Shown: piece after piece, positions 1-10,250 of the stretch
How the letters are laid out: each line of letters starts with the position of its first letter
How positions within the stretch are numbered: position 1 is the first letter of the stretch
Assembly (NCBI GenBank): GCA_028699085.1
Contig: JAQVVF010000004.1
Location: 2,143-66,142, forward strand
Reading direction: 5' to 3'
Source: Patescibacteria group bacterium
GTDB lineage: Bacteria; Patescibacteriota; JABMPQ01; JAQVVF01
Length of the DNA: 64,000 nt
Program-made: the position numbers and the translations under genes
The notes under the pieces: model-generated
What the model was told of the DNA's origin: nothing
What the model saw: only the letters and a program-made list of their open reading frames with translations
Databases searched by the model: none

Positions 1-151
1 TAGATAAAAGAATGTTTAAATAATCTCTTAAATTGATCGAACATAATTAGTTCAAATTTATATTAATTTCAAATTAACACAAAAATACTATTTTGTGAAT
101 TATTGAAAAAATGCTAGAATATAAACATTAAAATATATAATAAAAAACAAA

Positions 152-2434
152 ATGAAAAAAATAACTATTTTTGTTGCAGTAATCTTCATCTTATTTACTG
201 CAAATTCTTGTTTTGCAGCTTACGGAGATGTCTCAACATGGCTAAGTAGAATTTATGCCGGAGATGGCGGAGGCCCACTTGGTGCTTATTTTGATTTTCC
301 AGAAGATGTTATGTTTGATAATCAAGGCAATATGTTTATTGCAGATACCTATAACAATGTAATAAGAAAAGTTAATACCAATAATGTTACATCAACAGTT
401 GCAGGAACAGGATCATTCGGATATAGAGATGGTAATGCCTCATCAGCAAAATTCGGACAACCACGCGGCCTTGCTGTTTCTGGATCAACAGTCATTGTTG
501 CTGATACTTGGAATCAAAAAATTAGAAAAATCTCTGGCGGACGTGTTACAACAATCGTTAAAGACGATCTGCATTTTCCAAAAGGAGTCGCAATATATGG
601 GTCAACTGTTTATATCTCTGACAGCCTACACGGTGCCATCAAAAAGGTTTCAATTAACGGCGGCAAGGTTACTACAATTCAAAAAGGTCATGGCTTAATA
701 GAGCCAGAAAAACTTAAAGTTGATTCCTCTGGAAAATATCTCTATGTTGCCGATTACAAAGCTCACAAAATTTTTAAAGTAACAATTAGTGACGGGAACA
801 TTGAATTAATTGCTGGAAGCGGAGAAAGTGGTTACAAAGAAGGAATCGGCGCAAAAGCCGTTTTTCAAAATTCAGCTGGCGTTGTAATTGATGAAGAGCA
901 AAATACACTATTTGTAACGGATGGAAATGGATATACTGATCGAATTAGAAAAATAGATCTTGCAACAAAAGAGACCAGTCTAGTTGCTTGGGATTCTGAT
1001 ATGATTGGCATCAATTATCCAAAAGGTGTTGATATAAAAGGCGGACATGTTTATATCTGTAATATGGGCCTTGGCAACATTTATCGTTTTAATCGCTATA
1101 CCGGCATAATTAGAGACAAAGGAGAACTAATAGCCGGAAAAGATAGATTTCAAAATGATTTTGGCTCACAAAAAAAATCGTTAATAGGCTGGCCAACTTT
1201 TCCAATTTTTTCCAAAGACAAAAAATATATATATTTAGCAGAGAATAATTTAATTAGAAGAATTAAAATCTCTACAAAAAAAACTAAATTAATAACTGGC
1301 GATGTTGTCGATAATTATGTAGAAGCTATTGGCACGACTGCGCGCTTCAGTCATATCGGCATGATGGTTTTATCGAAAGATGGTCAAACAATTTACTTAG
1401 CAGATCAATGGAATAATAGAATTAGAAGTCTTAATCTTAATACTCTAGAAACAAATTTAATTTCAGGAGGAGGAGACACTAATTGTAGTGGACGTTCTTG
1501 CAACGGCTACAAAGAAGGCAATAAAAACAGTGCACGTTTTAGCAATCCTATTGGATTAGCAATTTCGCCAGATAATAAAAAACTTTATGTTGCCGATACG
1601 GCTAATGAAAGAATCAGAAAAGTTAATATCGCCACTGGAAAAACGTCTTTGATTGCAGGATCAGGAGTAACAGGTTTTGCTGATGGAATAGGTAATAAAG
1701 CAAAATTTAGTCGCCCGTATGGCCTCACAATCAACAAGGCAGGAACTAAATTATATGTTGCTGATTCATATAATAATAGGATTAGAGAAATTAATTTAAG
1801 TACAAAAAGAGTAACAACTCTTGCAGGAAATAATATCAGAGGCTATCGCGACGGTTATAAAGGGGATGCATCATTCTCAACGCCAAACTTTGTAATATTC
1901 GGCAACGATAAATTTCTATACACTTCGGAAGCAGGAACTCATAACATCAGAGTTATCGATCCAAAAAATGGTTTAGTAAAAACAATCACTGGAACAGACA
2001 CTCGAGGATTTCAAAACGGCAACAGGTATCATTCAGAGTTTAATAATCCATCAGGTCTACTTATAAGACCAAAAAAGGGCAAACTTTATGTAGCAGACAC
2101 CTGGAATGATTTAATACGAAAAGTTGATATTTCTGGCTCTCACCAATTCTACGAAAAAGCGCCAATTGTCACCGGAGTCTTGCCGACAAATCATTATCCA
2201 TATTCAGGCAATCCAAGCGAAACAAAATATCTTGATATAACTGGATACAATTTTATGTCTGCTGCAACTGTTTACTTTGGAAATTACAAAGCAAATAAGA
2301 CTTATTTTAAAAATGCTAATGCGTTAACAGCAGTAATTCCATTTGGTAAAATGCCAGGTGGAACATATGATGTTAAAGTCGTAAATATTGACGGACAGGA
2401 ATATACAAAAAGGGGTGCATTTGTAATCGAATAG
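152..2434 (+). CDS. Secreted NHL-repeat beta-propeller protein with C-terminal IPT/TIG (Ig-like) domain
   Basis: Signal peptide; many repeats of F..P.G(L/V).....LYVAD(T/S).N.RIR; C-terminal 'PIVTGVLP...LDITGYNF..AATVYFG...GTYDVKVVNIDG' is IPT-like. Confidence 0.85.
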   Translation: MKKITIFVAVIFILFTANSCFAAYGDVSTWLSRIYAGDGGGPLGAYFDFPEDVMFDNQGNMFIADTYNNVIRKVNTNNVTSTVAGTGSFGYRDGNASSAKFGQPRGLAVSGSTVIVADTWNQKIRKISGGRVTTIVKDDLHFPKGVAIYGSTVYISDSLHGAIKKVSINGGKVTTIQKGHGLIEPEKLKVDSSGKYLYVADYKAHKIFKVTISDGNIELIAGSGESGYKEGIGAKAVFQNSAGVVIDEEQNTLFVTDGNGYTDRIRKIDLATKETSLVAWDSDMIGINYPKGVDIKGGHVYICNMGLGNIYRFNRYTGIIRDKGELIAGKDRFQNDFGSQKKSLIGWPTFPIFSKDKKYIYLAENNLIRRIKISTKKTKLITGDVVDNYVEAIGTTARFSHIGMMVLSKDGQTIYLADQWNNRIRSLNLNTLETNLISGGGDTNCSGRSCNGYKEGNKNSARFSNPIGLAISPDNKKLYVADTANERIRKVNIATGKTSLIAGSGVTGFADGIGNKAKFSRPYGLTINKAGTKLYVADSYNNRIREINLSTKRVTTLAGNNIRGYRDGYKGDASFSTPNFVIFGNDKFLYTSEAGTHNIRVIDPKNGLVKTITGTDTRGFQNGNRYHSEFNNPSGLLIRPKKGKLYVADTWNDLIRKVDISGSHQFYEKAPIVTGVLPTNHYPYSGNPSETKYLDITGYNFMSAATVYFGNYKANKTYFKNANALTAVIPFGKMPGGTYDVKVVNIDGQEYTKRGAFVIE

Positions 2435-2469
2435 TTTTTACTTTTGGTATAATCGCAGAAAATAATTCT

Positions 2470-3651
2470 ATGAAATATAATATAATTATGTTTAACATGT
2501 CAGAATTTCGAGAATGGAAATCTGGCATTGTTAATCGCAACTATCATATTTTGCACAACCTACTAGAAAAAGATCAAATCAACAAGATATTTGCTGTAGA
2601 TTTTTTACCATACACAAAAAAAAGATCTTTAAGAATCTATCTTCAATCAATTTTAAAATCAACTGGCGGCAAAAGGATTTACATGGATTTAACATCAAAG
2701 CTTTCTCTGCATAGTGACAAGCTTTGTGTATATTCAACGATTGATTCAATATTCAGTGAAAAAAAAGTCTACAAAAAAATCAATAAAATAATCAAAAAGA
2801 AAAAAATATTTAATGACAAATATCCAATTTTAATTTGGTCATATTTTCCAATATTTTCAGGCTATTTTGATTTTTTCAAAAATTTTTCAGTTGTTAAAAC
2901 AATAAACATTTTTGATACTGTTGATAATTGGATGGAGCACCCAAATTTTACAGATTATAAAGAAAGATTAAAAAATAATTACGAAATAATCTCAAAAGAA
3001 TCAGATTATATTTTTACCGTCTCAAAAGATTTACTTAATCTTTTTCCAAAAGCAAAGAACAAAGAATGGATTCCAAATGGCGTAGATCTCAGCCATTTTG
3101 AGAAAAAGGCTGACAAAACAATTATTCATGCTGGTCATCCAATTATCGGCTATGTTGGCACAATTGAAAAAAGATTAGATTTTGAATTAATAAAATATTT
3201 AAGTCTTAAAAATCCTGAAAAATCAATCGTTCTAATTGGTCCAGTTTGGAAAAATGTCAAAGTTGACGAATTAAAATCACAAAATAATGTCCATTTTCTT
3301 GGCCGAAAATCTTATTCTGAACTTCCATATTATATAAATGAATTTAATGTTAGCATTATTCCCCATAAAGTCGACAAGTACACAAAATCGATGAATCCAT
3401 TAAAATTGTACGAATATCTTGCTTGTGGCAAACCAATTGTCACAACTCAAGTCGCTGGAGTCGAAAAATTTCAAGAGCTAATCTATGCAGCAAAAACAAA
3501 AGAAGAATTTAATGAAAAAATCAACCAAGCTTTAAAAGAAAATAACAAACAACTAGAAACAAAAAGGAAAGAATCTGTCCAAAATGAAAACTGGAAGAAT
3601 CGAGTCAATCAGATGCTCGAAAAAATTAACAATATAACCAATTCAAATTGA
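2470..3651 (+). CDS. Glycosyltransferase, GT4/GT-B fold (TuaH-like)
   Basis: IPNGVD, IGYVGTI, NVHFLG, PLKLYEYLACGKPIV motifs. Confidence 0.88.
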   Translation: MKYNIIMFNMSEFREWKSGIVNRNYHILHNLLEKDQINKIFAVDFLPYTKKRSLRIYLQSILKSTGGKRIYMDLTSKLSLHSDKLCVYSTIDSIFSEKKVYKKINKIIKKKKIFNDKYPILIWSYFPIFSGYFDFFKNFSVVKTINIFDTVDNWMEHPNFTDYKERLKNNYEIISKESDYIFTVSKDLLNLFPKAKNKEWIPNGVDLSHFEKKADKTIIHAGHPIIGYVGTIEKRLDFELIKYLSLKNPEKSIVLIGPVWKNVKVDELKSQNNVHFLGRKSYSELPYYINEFNVSIIPHKVDKYTKSMNPLKLYEYLACGKPIVTTQVAGVEKFQELIYAAKTKEEFNEKINQALKENNKQLETKRKESVQNENWKNRVNQMLEKINNITNSN

Positions 3652-5594
3652 ACAATCCAATACTCAAAAAATTTATATTTCCTATTATCATAATCGCAAT
3701 AGCGTTTCTTTTTTACTTTCCAAGTTTAAATGATAATTTTCTGTCTGATGACTACGATCACATTATGTTCGCCAGATCAGTTGATAATGTTAAAATGATT
3801 CCAGGTATTTTTAAAATTCCAGGCGATATGTATCGACCCGTCATGAATTTATCAATTGTTATTGATTATCTAATCTATCATTATCATCCGACAGGCTTTC
3901 ATTTTACCAGCCTGATGCTATTCATTCTTTCAAACCTTTTGATCTATGGAATAGTTAAAAAAATATCAAAAAATAATTTAATGGCCTTTTTTGCCAGCTT
4001 AATCTTTATCATTATTCCGAATCATTTTGAAACTATGATTTGGATTGGAGGCCGTACAGATCTTCTCGCATGCTTTTTTTATTTGCTAACAATTTATTTA
4101 TTTATTCAGTTCATTTATAAGCAAAAATATTCTTGGCTAATTTTATCTTATCTAACAGCTATTCCAACCTTTTTCAGCAAAGAGATCTCCATGACTTTAC
4201 CATTTGTTTTAGCTTTAATCTATTTATTTTATTTAAGAAAAGAATCAAAACTAAGCTTTAAAAAAGTATTTTTACTATGGCTTCCTTATATTTTATTACT
4301 AGCCATTTATTTGTTTATTCGAAAAGAAATTGTAGGTTCCTGGATTGGCGGATACAGACTATTTGGCGAAGTCTCATCAACTTCAATTTCGCCAAAATCA
4401 ATTCTATTACCATTTTACTTTGTAAAATATTTATTTAATTTCGAATATTTAGGAGCGTTTATTCCCAAATTAGCGAGTAATTTTTCAGCCAATATCATTT
4501 CATTTTCTGGAATAATTATTTTTACTATTTCTGCATTACTACTAAATCTAAAAAAACTTAAAGACTTAAGTTTTTGGAAAAATATTATTTTTTTAATTTT
4601 CATTATTTATTTCGTCTCAATTCCAAACTTTTCTATTTTGCCAGCCTTGAAATCGAATCTAATGAACACTCGAGTCTTATTCATTGCTTCAATTCCAATT
4701 GCTATTTTAATTTCTTACTTAATTTTTAATGATTTAAATAACAAGAAAAAAATTAAAATAGCTATAGCATCATTAATTTGTCTATTTTTCAGTATTGGTT
4801 TCTTCTTTAACTATATGCCATGGCACAAAGCTCAAACTAAAGCCAAAATTATATTAGATAGCATTGAACAATTGCATCCAGAATTTTCCAAAATTAGTTA
4901 TGCAACTTATGACAAAGAATTATTCTTCAAAAATCTGCCAGACAATATTTACGGCGCTTTCGTCTATCGAAATGGTTTTCCAGAAGCCTTAAGAATTAAA
5001 TTTAATAATAAAAAAATATTTGTTAATCCAAAAGAAAAAATAGTATGGGTAGTTAAAAGCAATAAAGATGCTATAACATCTCTCTGCAATTACAAAAAAA
5101 ATCCGCAAACAACTGGTATTCAAGTATTCAATTGGAATGATAAAGAGAACAAATTTGTTGAACAACATGATATTGCACAGAAACAAGAAAACAAAAAAAC
5201 ACTTAAACAGCAGTATCAAAATCAGATTAACGAATTTAATCAACAACTTAACAATTTAGCAATTGAACAATTTAACAACATAAATTCAAACGGAAAAACA
5301 ACAACTTTAAAAAGTCCTGAATTAAATTTTCCTCCGCAAATTATCGAACAATTTAGTTTTAAATTAGACGCCCAACAAAATACAATTGCTGACTTTTTAT
5401 GGCACGAAAAGAACAAAAAATTTGATGACAATAAAAATAATATCTTGGTCCCAATCAAAGCAGGGGATAATGAATACAAAATTGATTTAACTAAATGTCC
5501 AGCTTGGTTTACTTCAGATGATATTAATCAGTTTGAATTGATTCCAACTGAAAAAAAGCAAAAAATAAAAATAGAAAATATAGAATTAAAATAA
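3648..5594 (+). CDS. GT-C fold integral membrane glycosyltransferase (PMT/TMTC-like) with C-terminal extracellular domain
   Basis: FLSDDY after TM1, YRP, H.E...WI.GR.DLL, SKE motifs; about 11 TM segments; TTG start overlapping the upstream stop. Confidence 0.75.
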   Translation: MNNPILKKFIFPIIIIAIAFLFYFPSLNDNFLSDDYDHIMFARSVDNVKMIPGIFKIPGDMYRPVMNLSIVIDYLIYHYHPTGFHFTSLMLFILSNLLIYGIVKKISKNNLMAFFASLIFIIIPNHFETMIWIGGRTDLLACFFYLLTIYLFIQFIYKQKYSWLILSYLTAIPTFFSKEISMTLPFVLALIYLFYLRKESKLSFKKVFLLWLPYILLLAIYLFIRKEIVGSWIGGYRLFGEVSSTSISPKSILLPFYFVKYLFNFEYLGAFIPKLASNFSANIISFSGIIIFTISALLLNLKKLKDLSFWKNIIFLIFIIYFVSIPNFSILPALKSNLMNTRVLFIASIPIAILISYLIFNDLNNKKKIKIAIASLICLFFSIGFFFNYMPWHKAQTKAKIILDSIEQLHPEFSKISYATYDKELFFKNLPDNIYGAFVYRNGFPEALRIKFNNKKIFVNPKEKIVWVVKSNKDAITSLCNYKKNPQTTGIQVFNWNDKENKFVEQHDIAQKQENKKTLKQQYQNQINEFNQQLNNLAIEQFNNINSNGKTTTLKSPELNFPPQIIEQFSFKLDAQQNTIADFLWHEKNKKFDDNKNNILVPIKAGDNEYKIDLTKCPAWFTSDDINQFELIPTEKKQKIKIENIELK

Positions 5595-5601
5595 AATAAA
5601 C

Positions 5602-6516
5602 ATGTTACTATCCATTATTATCGTTAACTGGAACACCAAAGAATTATTGCGCAAATGCATTCAATCCATAATGTCTAATGCGCCTAGTTTTGATTACGAA
5701 ATAATTGTCATCGACAATGCATCATCAGATGGTTCAGCTGACATGTTAAAATATGAGCTTGCCAAAGATCAATATCTTGATCGTTTTGATTCTGTTACTA
5801 ATGCCCATGTCATTATTAATAAACAAAATCTTGGATTTGCCAAAGCAAATAATCAAGGTATTAAAAGAGCAAAAGGCGAGTACATCTTATTATTAAATCC
5901 AGATACCGAAGTCCAACATAATTGCTTGCAAAGAACTGTCAATTTTATGGCTCAGCATCAAGATATCGGCATTTTAGGATGTAAACTTTTAAATCCAGAC
6001 AAAACAGTTCAATCTTCAGTTCGAAGATTTCCAACTTTATCATCTCAAACTTTAATCCTTCTCAAACTTCACAATCTTTTTCCAAATCAAGCAACTTTGA
6101 GAAAATACTACATGACAGATTTTGATTATGAAAAAAACCAAGAAGTAGACCAAGTCATGGGCGCATATTTTTTAATCAACAAAAAAGTCATTAATAAAAT
6201 AGGCGAGTTAGATGAAAAATATTGGATCTGGTTTGAAGAAGTTGATTATTGCAAACAAGCAAAAGAAGCAAGCTTTAAAACATACTATTACAAAGATGCT
6301 GAAACAATCCATCAAAAAGCCCAAAGTTTTAATCAAGTTTTAGGAATAAAAAAACAAGTCTATCTAAACAACTCGCTTTTACATTATTTCAATAAATTTC
6401 ATTCCATATTTAGCGTTTTAGTAATTTTGTTTTTATATCCGATTAGCTTACTGCTAGCTTTGCTTGTTGATTTTGTAAAATTGTTCATTCCAGTCAAAAA
6501 GAAAAAGGACTTGTGA
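5602..6516 (+). CDS. Glycosyltransferase family 2 (WbbL-like)
   Basis: SIIIVNWN, IDNASSDGS, NLGFAKANNQG, LLLNPD, FEEVDYC. Confidence 0.9.
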   Translation: MLLSIIIVNWNTKELLRKCIQSIMSNAPSFDYEIIVIDNASSDGSADMLKYELAKDQYLDRFDSVTNAHVIINKQNLGFAKANNQGIKRAKGEYILLLNPDTEVQHNCLQRTVNFMAQHQDIGILGCKLLNPDKTVQSSVRRFPTLSSQTLILLKLHNLFPNQATLRKYYMTDFDYEKNQEVDQVMGAYFLINKKVINKIGELDEKYWIWFEEVDYCKQAKEASFKTYYYKDAETIHQKAQSFNQVLGIKKQVYLNNSLLHYFNKFHSIFSVLVILFLYPISLLLALLVDFVKLFIPVKKKKDL

Positions 6517-6517
6517 T

Positions 6518-8134
6518 TTAATCAATCTCGATCTTTTTAAATTCAACTTTTCCTTTTTTACTGCCAGAAAAATTCAATCTAACAATCTGCACCAAATCAT
6601 TTTTTCTTAAGTTTAAATCAAATTCATAAGCATGCCATTTTCCATCATTATGGATTTTTTTAATAACAGAATTGTCAGACAAAAAATCTTTATCGCCAAT
6701 ATATCGATATTCAACTTTCAGCTTTTTAAATTCAGCAGTCTTTAAATTTACGCTTAAACTTTTAACTAAATTTGTATCTAATCTCAAATTAGGATTGCTC
6801 CTCAAAAAAGAATTCTTCTTCTTAATATCTAAAACATAATTCTTGTTATTCTTTTTCCATTTTCCATATCTCGCAATCCATTTTTTAGATATCAAATTAT
6901 ATTTCTCATCATTAGAAATAATTTCTTTGTGATTATTTGTCCAATCAATATGTTTAAAAGCGTTTCGGTTTGACAACACTAAAATTACTAAAATAAAAAT
7001 AGGCAAAATATATTTTGCTTTAGAAAATAAAATATTTAGAGATAAAACAAAAGCTAGAGTTACTGAAAATAATGCTGGCAATAGATATCTTCCTTGTGGC
7101 TGATAATTATCAAGACTGTAATAAAAAGTCGTTAGAAATGTTACAACAAAAAACAAAAAAATTATCAAAATAATATTAAATTTTTCTCTTTGTTTCTTCC
7201 AGATTAAAAATAAAGAAATAGGCAACAATATCGCGATCAAAATCAAAAAGTAAAAGAAATAATCATAATATTTTGGATCAAATCCAATATTTGCATGCCC
7301 AAAAACTCCAACAAAATTTTTAACCAGCTCATTCAACCAAGTAATAAAATTATCAAAATCCCAAAGATCTCTATGTTGTCCTTTCCAAAATTTATTCGCA
7401 TATTCCAAACCAAAAATATCACCCACGAAAATCAAATTCCTAAATAACCACGCAAAGCAAATAATCACAGCAGGCGATAGTGTAAATTTCAAAAAGTTTT
7501 TAAAATTTCGCCTATTTTTCCAAAATACTAACGCCAAAAAGAATAAAACAGCTGGATATAAAGTCAATTTTGTTAAAAAAGCCATACTTGAAATTATTCC
7601 GCAAAATAACAAATCAAGATTAGCAAAGCTTTCGCAAACAAAAAGTCTGACAACAAAATAAATCATTATTATTCCCAACAAATTTGCCAAAACATCATTA
7701 TTTAAAACTCCAGAAATAAACAAAAACATTGGCCAAAAACTGTAAGCCAATGTTAAACTATAATATATCGTTCTTTTTCCCTTGAATAATAATTTAGCCG
7801 TTAAAAAAACAAAGATAATCGATAAAATACCCAAAAAACTAGAACAAAATCTCAGCAACTTAACTTCATTATCAATAGATATCTGATTTTTCAAAACCAA
7901 ATCAACTGGCGATAAAAATAGATAATATAATGGCGGTTGATGTGCTTCCCAAAAAGAAGTCTTATTGGTCAGAGTAGGAAAGTGATGATTATTATTTAAA
8001 AATCTGATATATTCAAAGTGACCGAACTCATCAGGAGCTGCAAATTTCTCAGTCTTAAAATTATAAATATTCGCGACAATTAAAAATATCCCACAAATCA
8101 GAATCAAGAAAATAGCATCAACTTTATTCTTCAT
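6518..8134 (-). CDS. GT-C fold membrane glycosyltransferase (ArnT/DUF2142-like) with C-terminal extracellular domain
   Basis: PDEFGH, HQPPLYY, NND, QGRYLLP motifs; multiple TMs. Start moved to ATG 8134 to avoid overlap with the divergent gene. Confidence 0.75.
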   Translation of the reverse strand: MKNKVDAIFLILICGIFLIVANIYNFKTEKFAAPDEFGHFEYIRFLNNNHHFPTLTNKTSFWEAHQPPLYYLFLSPVDLVLKNQISIDNEVKLLRFCSSFLGILSIIFVFLTAKLLFKGKRTIYYSLTLAYSFWPMFLFISGVLNNDVLANLLGIIMIYFVVRLFVCESFANLDLLFCGIISSMAFLTKLTLYPAVLFFLALVFWKNRRNFKNFLKFTLSPAVIICFAWLFRNLIFVGDIFGLEYANKFWKGQHRDLWDFDNFITWLNELVKNFVGVFGHANIGFDPKYYDYFFYFLILIAILLPISLFLIWKKQREKFNIILIIFLFFVVTFLTTFYYSLDNYQPQGRYLLPALFSVTLAFVLSLNILFSKAKYILPIFILVILVLSNRNAFKHIDWTNNHKEIISNDEKYNLISKKWIARYGKWKKNNKNYVLDIKKKNSFLRSNPNLRLDTNLVKSLSVNLKTAEFKKLKVEYRYIGDKDFLSDNSVIKKIHNDGKWHAYEFDLNLRKNDLVQIVRLNFSGSKKGKVEFKKIEID

Positions 8135-8191
8135 ATATCTTGAAAAACAATTTAACAATTTAACTCTACAGCAATTCGTCCTTATTTTATC

Positions 8192-9379
8192 ATGAAAATA
8201 AAAAAACAATTAATACTAATTCTTTCAATAGTTATTTCATTAACTCCTTTTTTTGTTAATGCTCAAAATATTCAAGACTATATTAATAAAACATATAACC
8301 GCTATTCCAAACATTTTGACAAAAATGGCTGGCAATATAATCAACCAAATTATTCAATTAATAACAAACAGCCAAATAATGCTCGTGAATGGACAATGTT
8401 TGCATCATATTATTACAATCGAACTGACAAAAAGAAAGAAAAAAACCTAGTCATCTCGGCTTTAAATAATGCAGTTGCCGAACTTCAAGCCCGTCCAACA
8501 ATAACGCAATCATTCAATGATTCAATTGCCCATTTTTTAATTTACCAGCAAAAGGATTTATTAAACAAATCTGAAAAACAAAATTATTATTCCCAAGTAA
8601 AACAATCACTTTTTGCTCGAGCAAACATAAATGACACAGAAAATAGAGGAATTATTGCCGGAGTTTTAGATTCATATTTAGCTGACAAATTATACAGAGA
8701 CAAACAAATTGACAAACAACAGTTAGAACGACTTATTGATAAAAATAAACAGAAAATCTATAGAAGTGTTAAGCAATGCATAAATGAGGAAGGTTGGTAT
8801 TTTGAAGATAATCAAAAATATTTTTCTGCTCATTACCATGTCTTATCTGCTTATTTATTAATGTTTTATAGCGATTATTTTAATGATAAGGGCTATTTTG
8901 ATTTAGCTAAAAAGATGACTTCAAATATAAGAAAAATATCGTTTCAAAATGGATTCATTGAGGCAAAAATAGGTATGAGACCAGTTGGACTAGGTGCACA
9001 AACATATTTAATGCTTGGTTTATTAAATAAAAGATATGAGCATAAAGACTATAGTGTTTATTTAAATTACACCAAACATCGTTTCTTTAATGACAAATCA
9101 TCGCCTAACCGATTAGAATTTCATTCAACCATGGAAGGTTCATCACCAAATTATCATGATGATATCGGCTTTAGCTTAGTAGCGGAAATGTCCAAAATTA
9201 ACAAGCACATCAAAAAAACAAAATTCAAAAAAAAATCAAAAAATTTAATTTTAAAAACAAAAGAATATCAAGATAAGAGGTTTACAATTAAAAATTATGG
9301 TGGGATAATTATTATTAATGATAAAGAATTCCGACTTTCAACTCATGGCGATTACTCCAGAATTACTACTATAAAATAA
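8192..9379 (+). CDS. Secreted hypothetical protein, possibly alpha/alpha-toroid fold
   Basis: Signal peptide ending VNA; helical composition; 'EGWYFE...SAHYH' segment. Confidence 0.6.
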   Translation: MKIKKQLILILSIVISLTPFFVNAQNIQDYINKTYNRYSKHFDKNGWQYNQPNYSINNKQPNNAREWTMFASYYYNRTDKKKEKNLVISALNNAVAELQARPTITQSFNDSIAHFLIYQQKDLLNKSEKQNYYSQVKQSLFARANINDTENRGIIAGVLDSYLADKLYRDKQIDKQQLERLIDKNKQKIYRSVKQCINEEGWYFEDNQKYFSAHYHVLSAYLLMFYSDYFNDKGYFDLAKKMTSNIRKISFQNGFIEAKIGMRPVGLGAQTYLMLGLLNKRYEHKDYSVYLNYTKHRFFNDKSSPNRLEFHSTMEGSSPNYHDDIGFSLVAEMSKINKHIKKTKFKKKSKNLILKTKEYQDKRFTIKNYGGIIIINDKEFRLSTHGDYSRITTIK

Positions 9380-9384
9380 CCAAT

Positions 9385-9408
9385 AAAAAAAGACTAGCAA
9401 CTAGTCTT
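9385..9408. terminator. Intrinsic terminator between convergent genes
   Basis: AAGACTAG-caa-CTAGTCTT hairpin next to an A7 run (U-tract on the minus strand). Confidence 0.7.
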
Positions 9409-10135
9409 AACCAAGAATGATCTTCAATAAAAGTGCAGTATCCATCAAATTATCAAACAAGTAATCAGGTGTTACAATAGCCAAACTTTCCTTAGAAACC
9501 AAGCCTGTAGCTACTCCAATTGTTTTCAAACCAACAACTTTACCAGCCTCAATATCTCTTGGAGTATCTCCAAACAAATATACTTTTTCTCTCGACGTCC
9601 ATTTATTCTGTTCATTCTTTCGCAATGCTGAAATAATCAAATCCGAACGTCGCAAAGCCTGATCGCCAAATTCGCTAATCCGAGCGAAACGAAATAAACC
9701 AGCCTTGCGCAACTTAAAACGAGCGATACCTCCTATTGCGCCAGTCACAATACCAATCATTACACCTTTCTGAAGAAGTGAAATAAAGAGATCTCTGACT
9801 CCTGGCAGAGGATGAATATCAATATTGGCATTTTCATTTACATAAAAATTGGTCATTTCCGTAAAAATTGCGTACAACATTTCTGGAGTAACAGTTTTTT
9901 CCTTTCTAGATTTTGCCAGCAAAGCATAAATCAATTGGGTATCTGTCAAACCATGATAGTCAATACCTTCCAAAGTAGCATCCCTAATTCCACAAAGCTT
10001 TTCCAAAGCCATAAAAACAGCACGAGCATGACCGCCATTATTGATACCGGACGGAATCAAGGTTCCATCCATATCAAACAAGGCCAATGCCCGGAACATA
10101 TAGTCATTATGACAAAATGCATTCTTTAGCGGCAT
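9407..10135 (-). CDS. HAD-superfamily hydrolase (phosphoglycolate phosphatase-like)
   Basis: LFDMDGTL motif I, VTG motif II, GDTPRDI motif IV; strong SD AAGGAGGAGG before ATG 10135. Confidence 0.88.
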   Translation of the reverse strand: MPLKNAFCHNDYMFRALALFDMDGTLIPSGINNGGHARAVFMALEKLCGIRDATLEGIDYHGLTDTQLIYALLAKSRKEKTVTPEMLYAIFTEMTNFYVNENANIDIHPLPGVRDLFISLLQKGVMIGIVTGAIGGIARFKLRKAGLFRFARISEFGDQALRRSDLIISALRKNEQNKWTSREKVYLFGDTPRDIEAGKVVGLKTIGVATGLVSKESLAIVTPDYLFDNLMDTALLLKIILG

Positions 10136-10183
10136 TTCCTCCTCCTTCTCTATAATAAAGTACTGAGCAAAACTGACTGATAA

Positions 10184-10212
10184 AATATATAACAAATACT
10201 ATAAATTGTCAA
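10184..10212 (-). promoter_or_regulatory. Sigma70-type promoter of the HAD gene
   Basis: Minus strand TTGACA-17 bp-TATATT. Confidence 0.7.
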
Positions 10213-10250
10213 AGGATTATCAAAAAATAACATATAACAAAACAAATATA

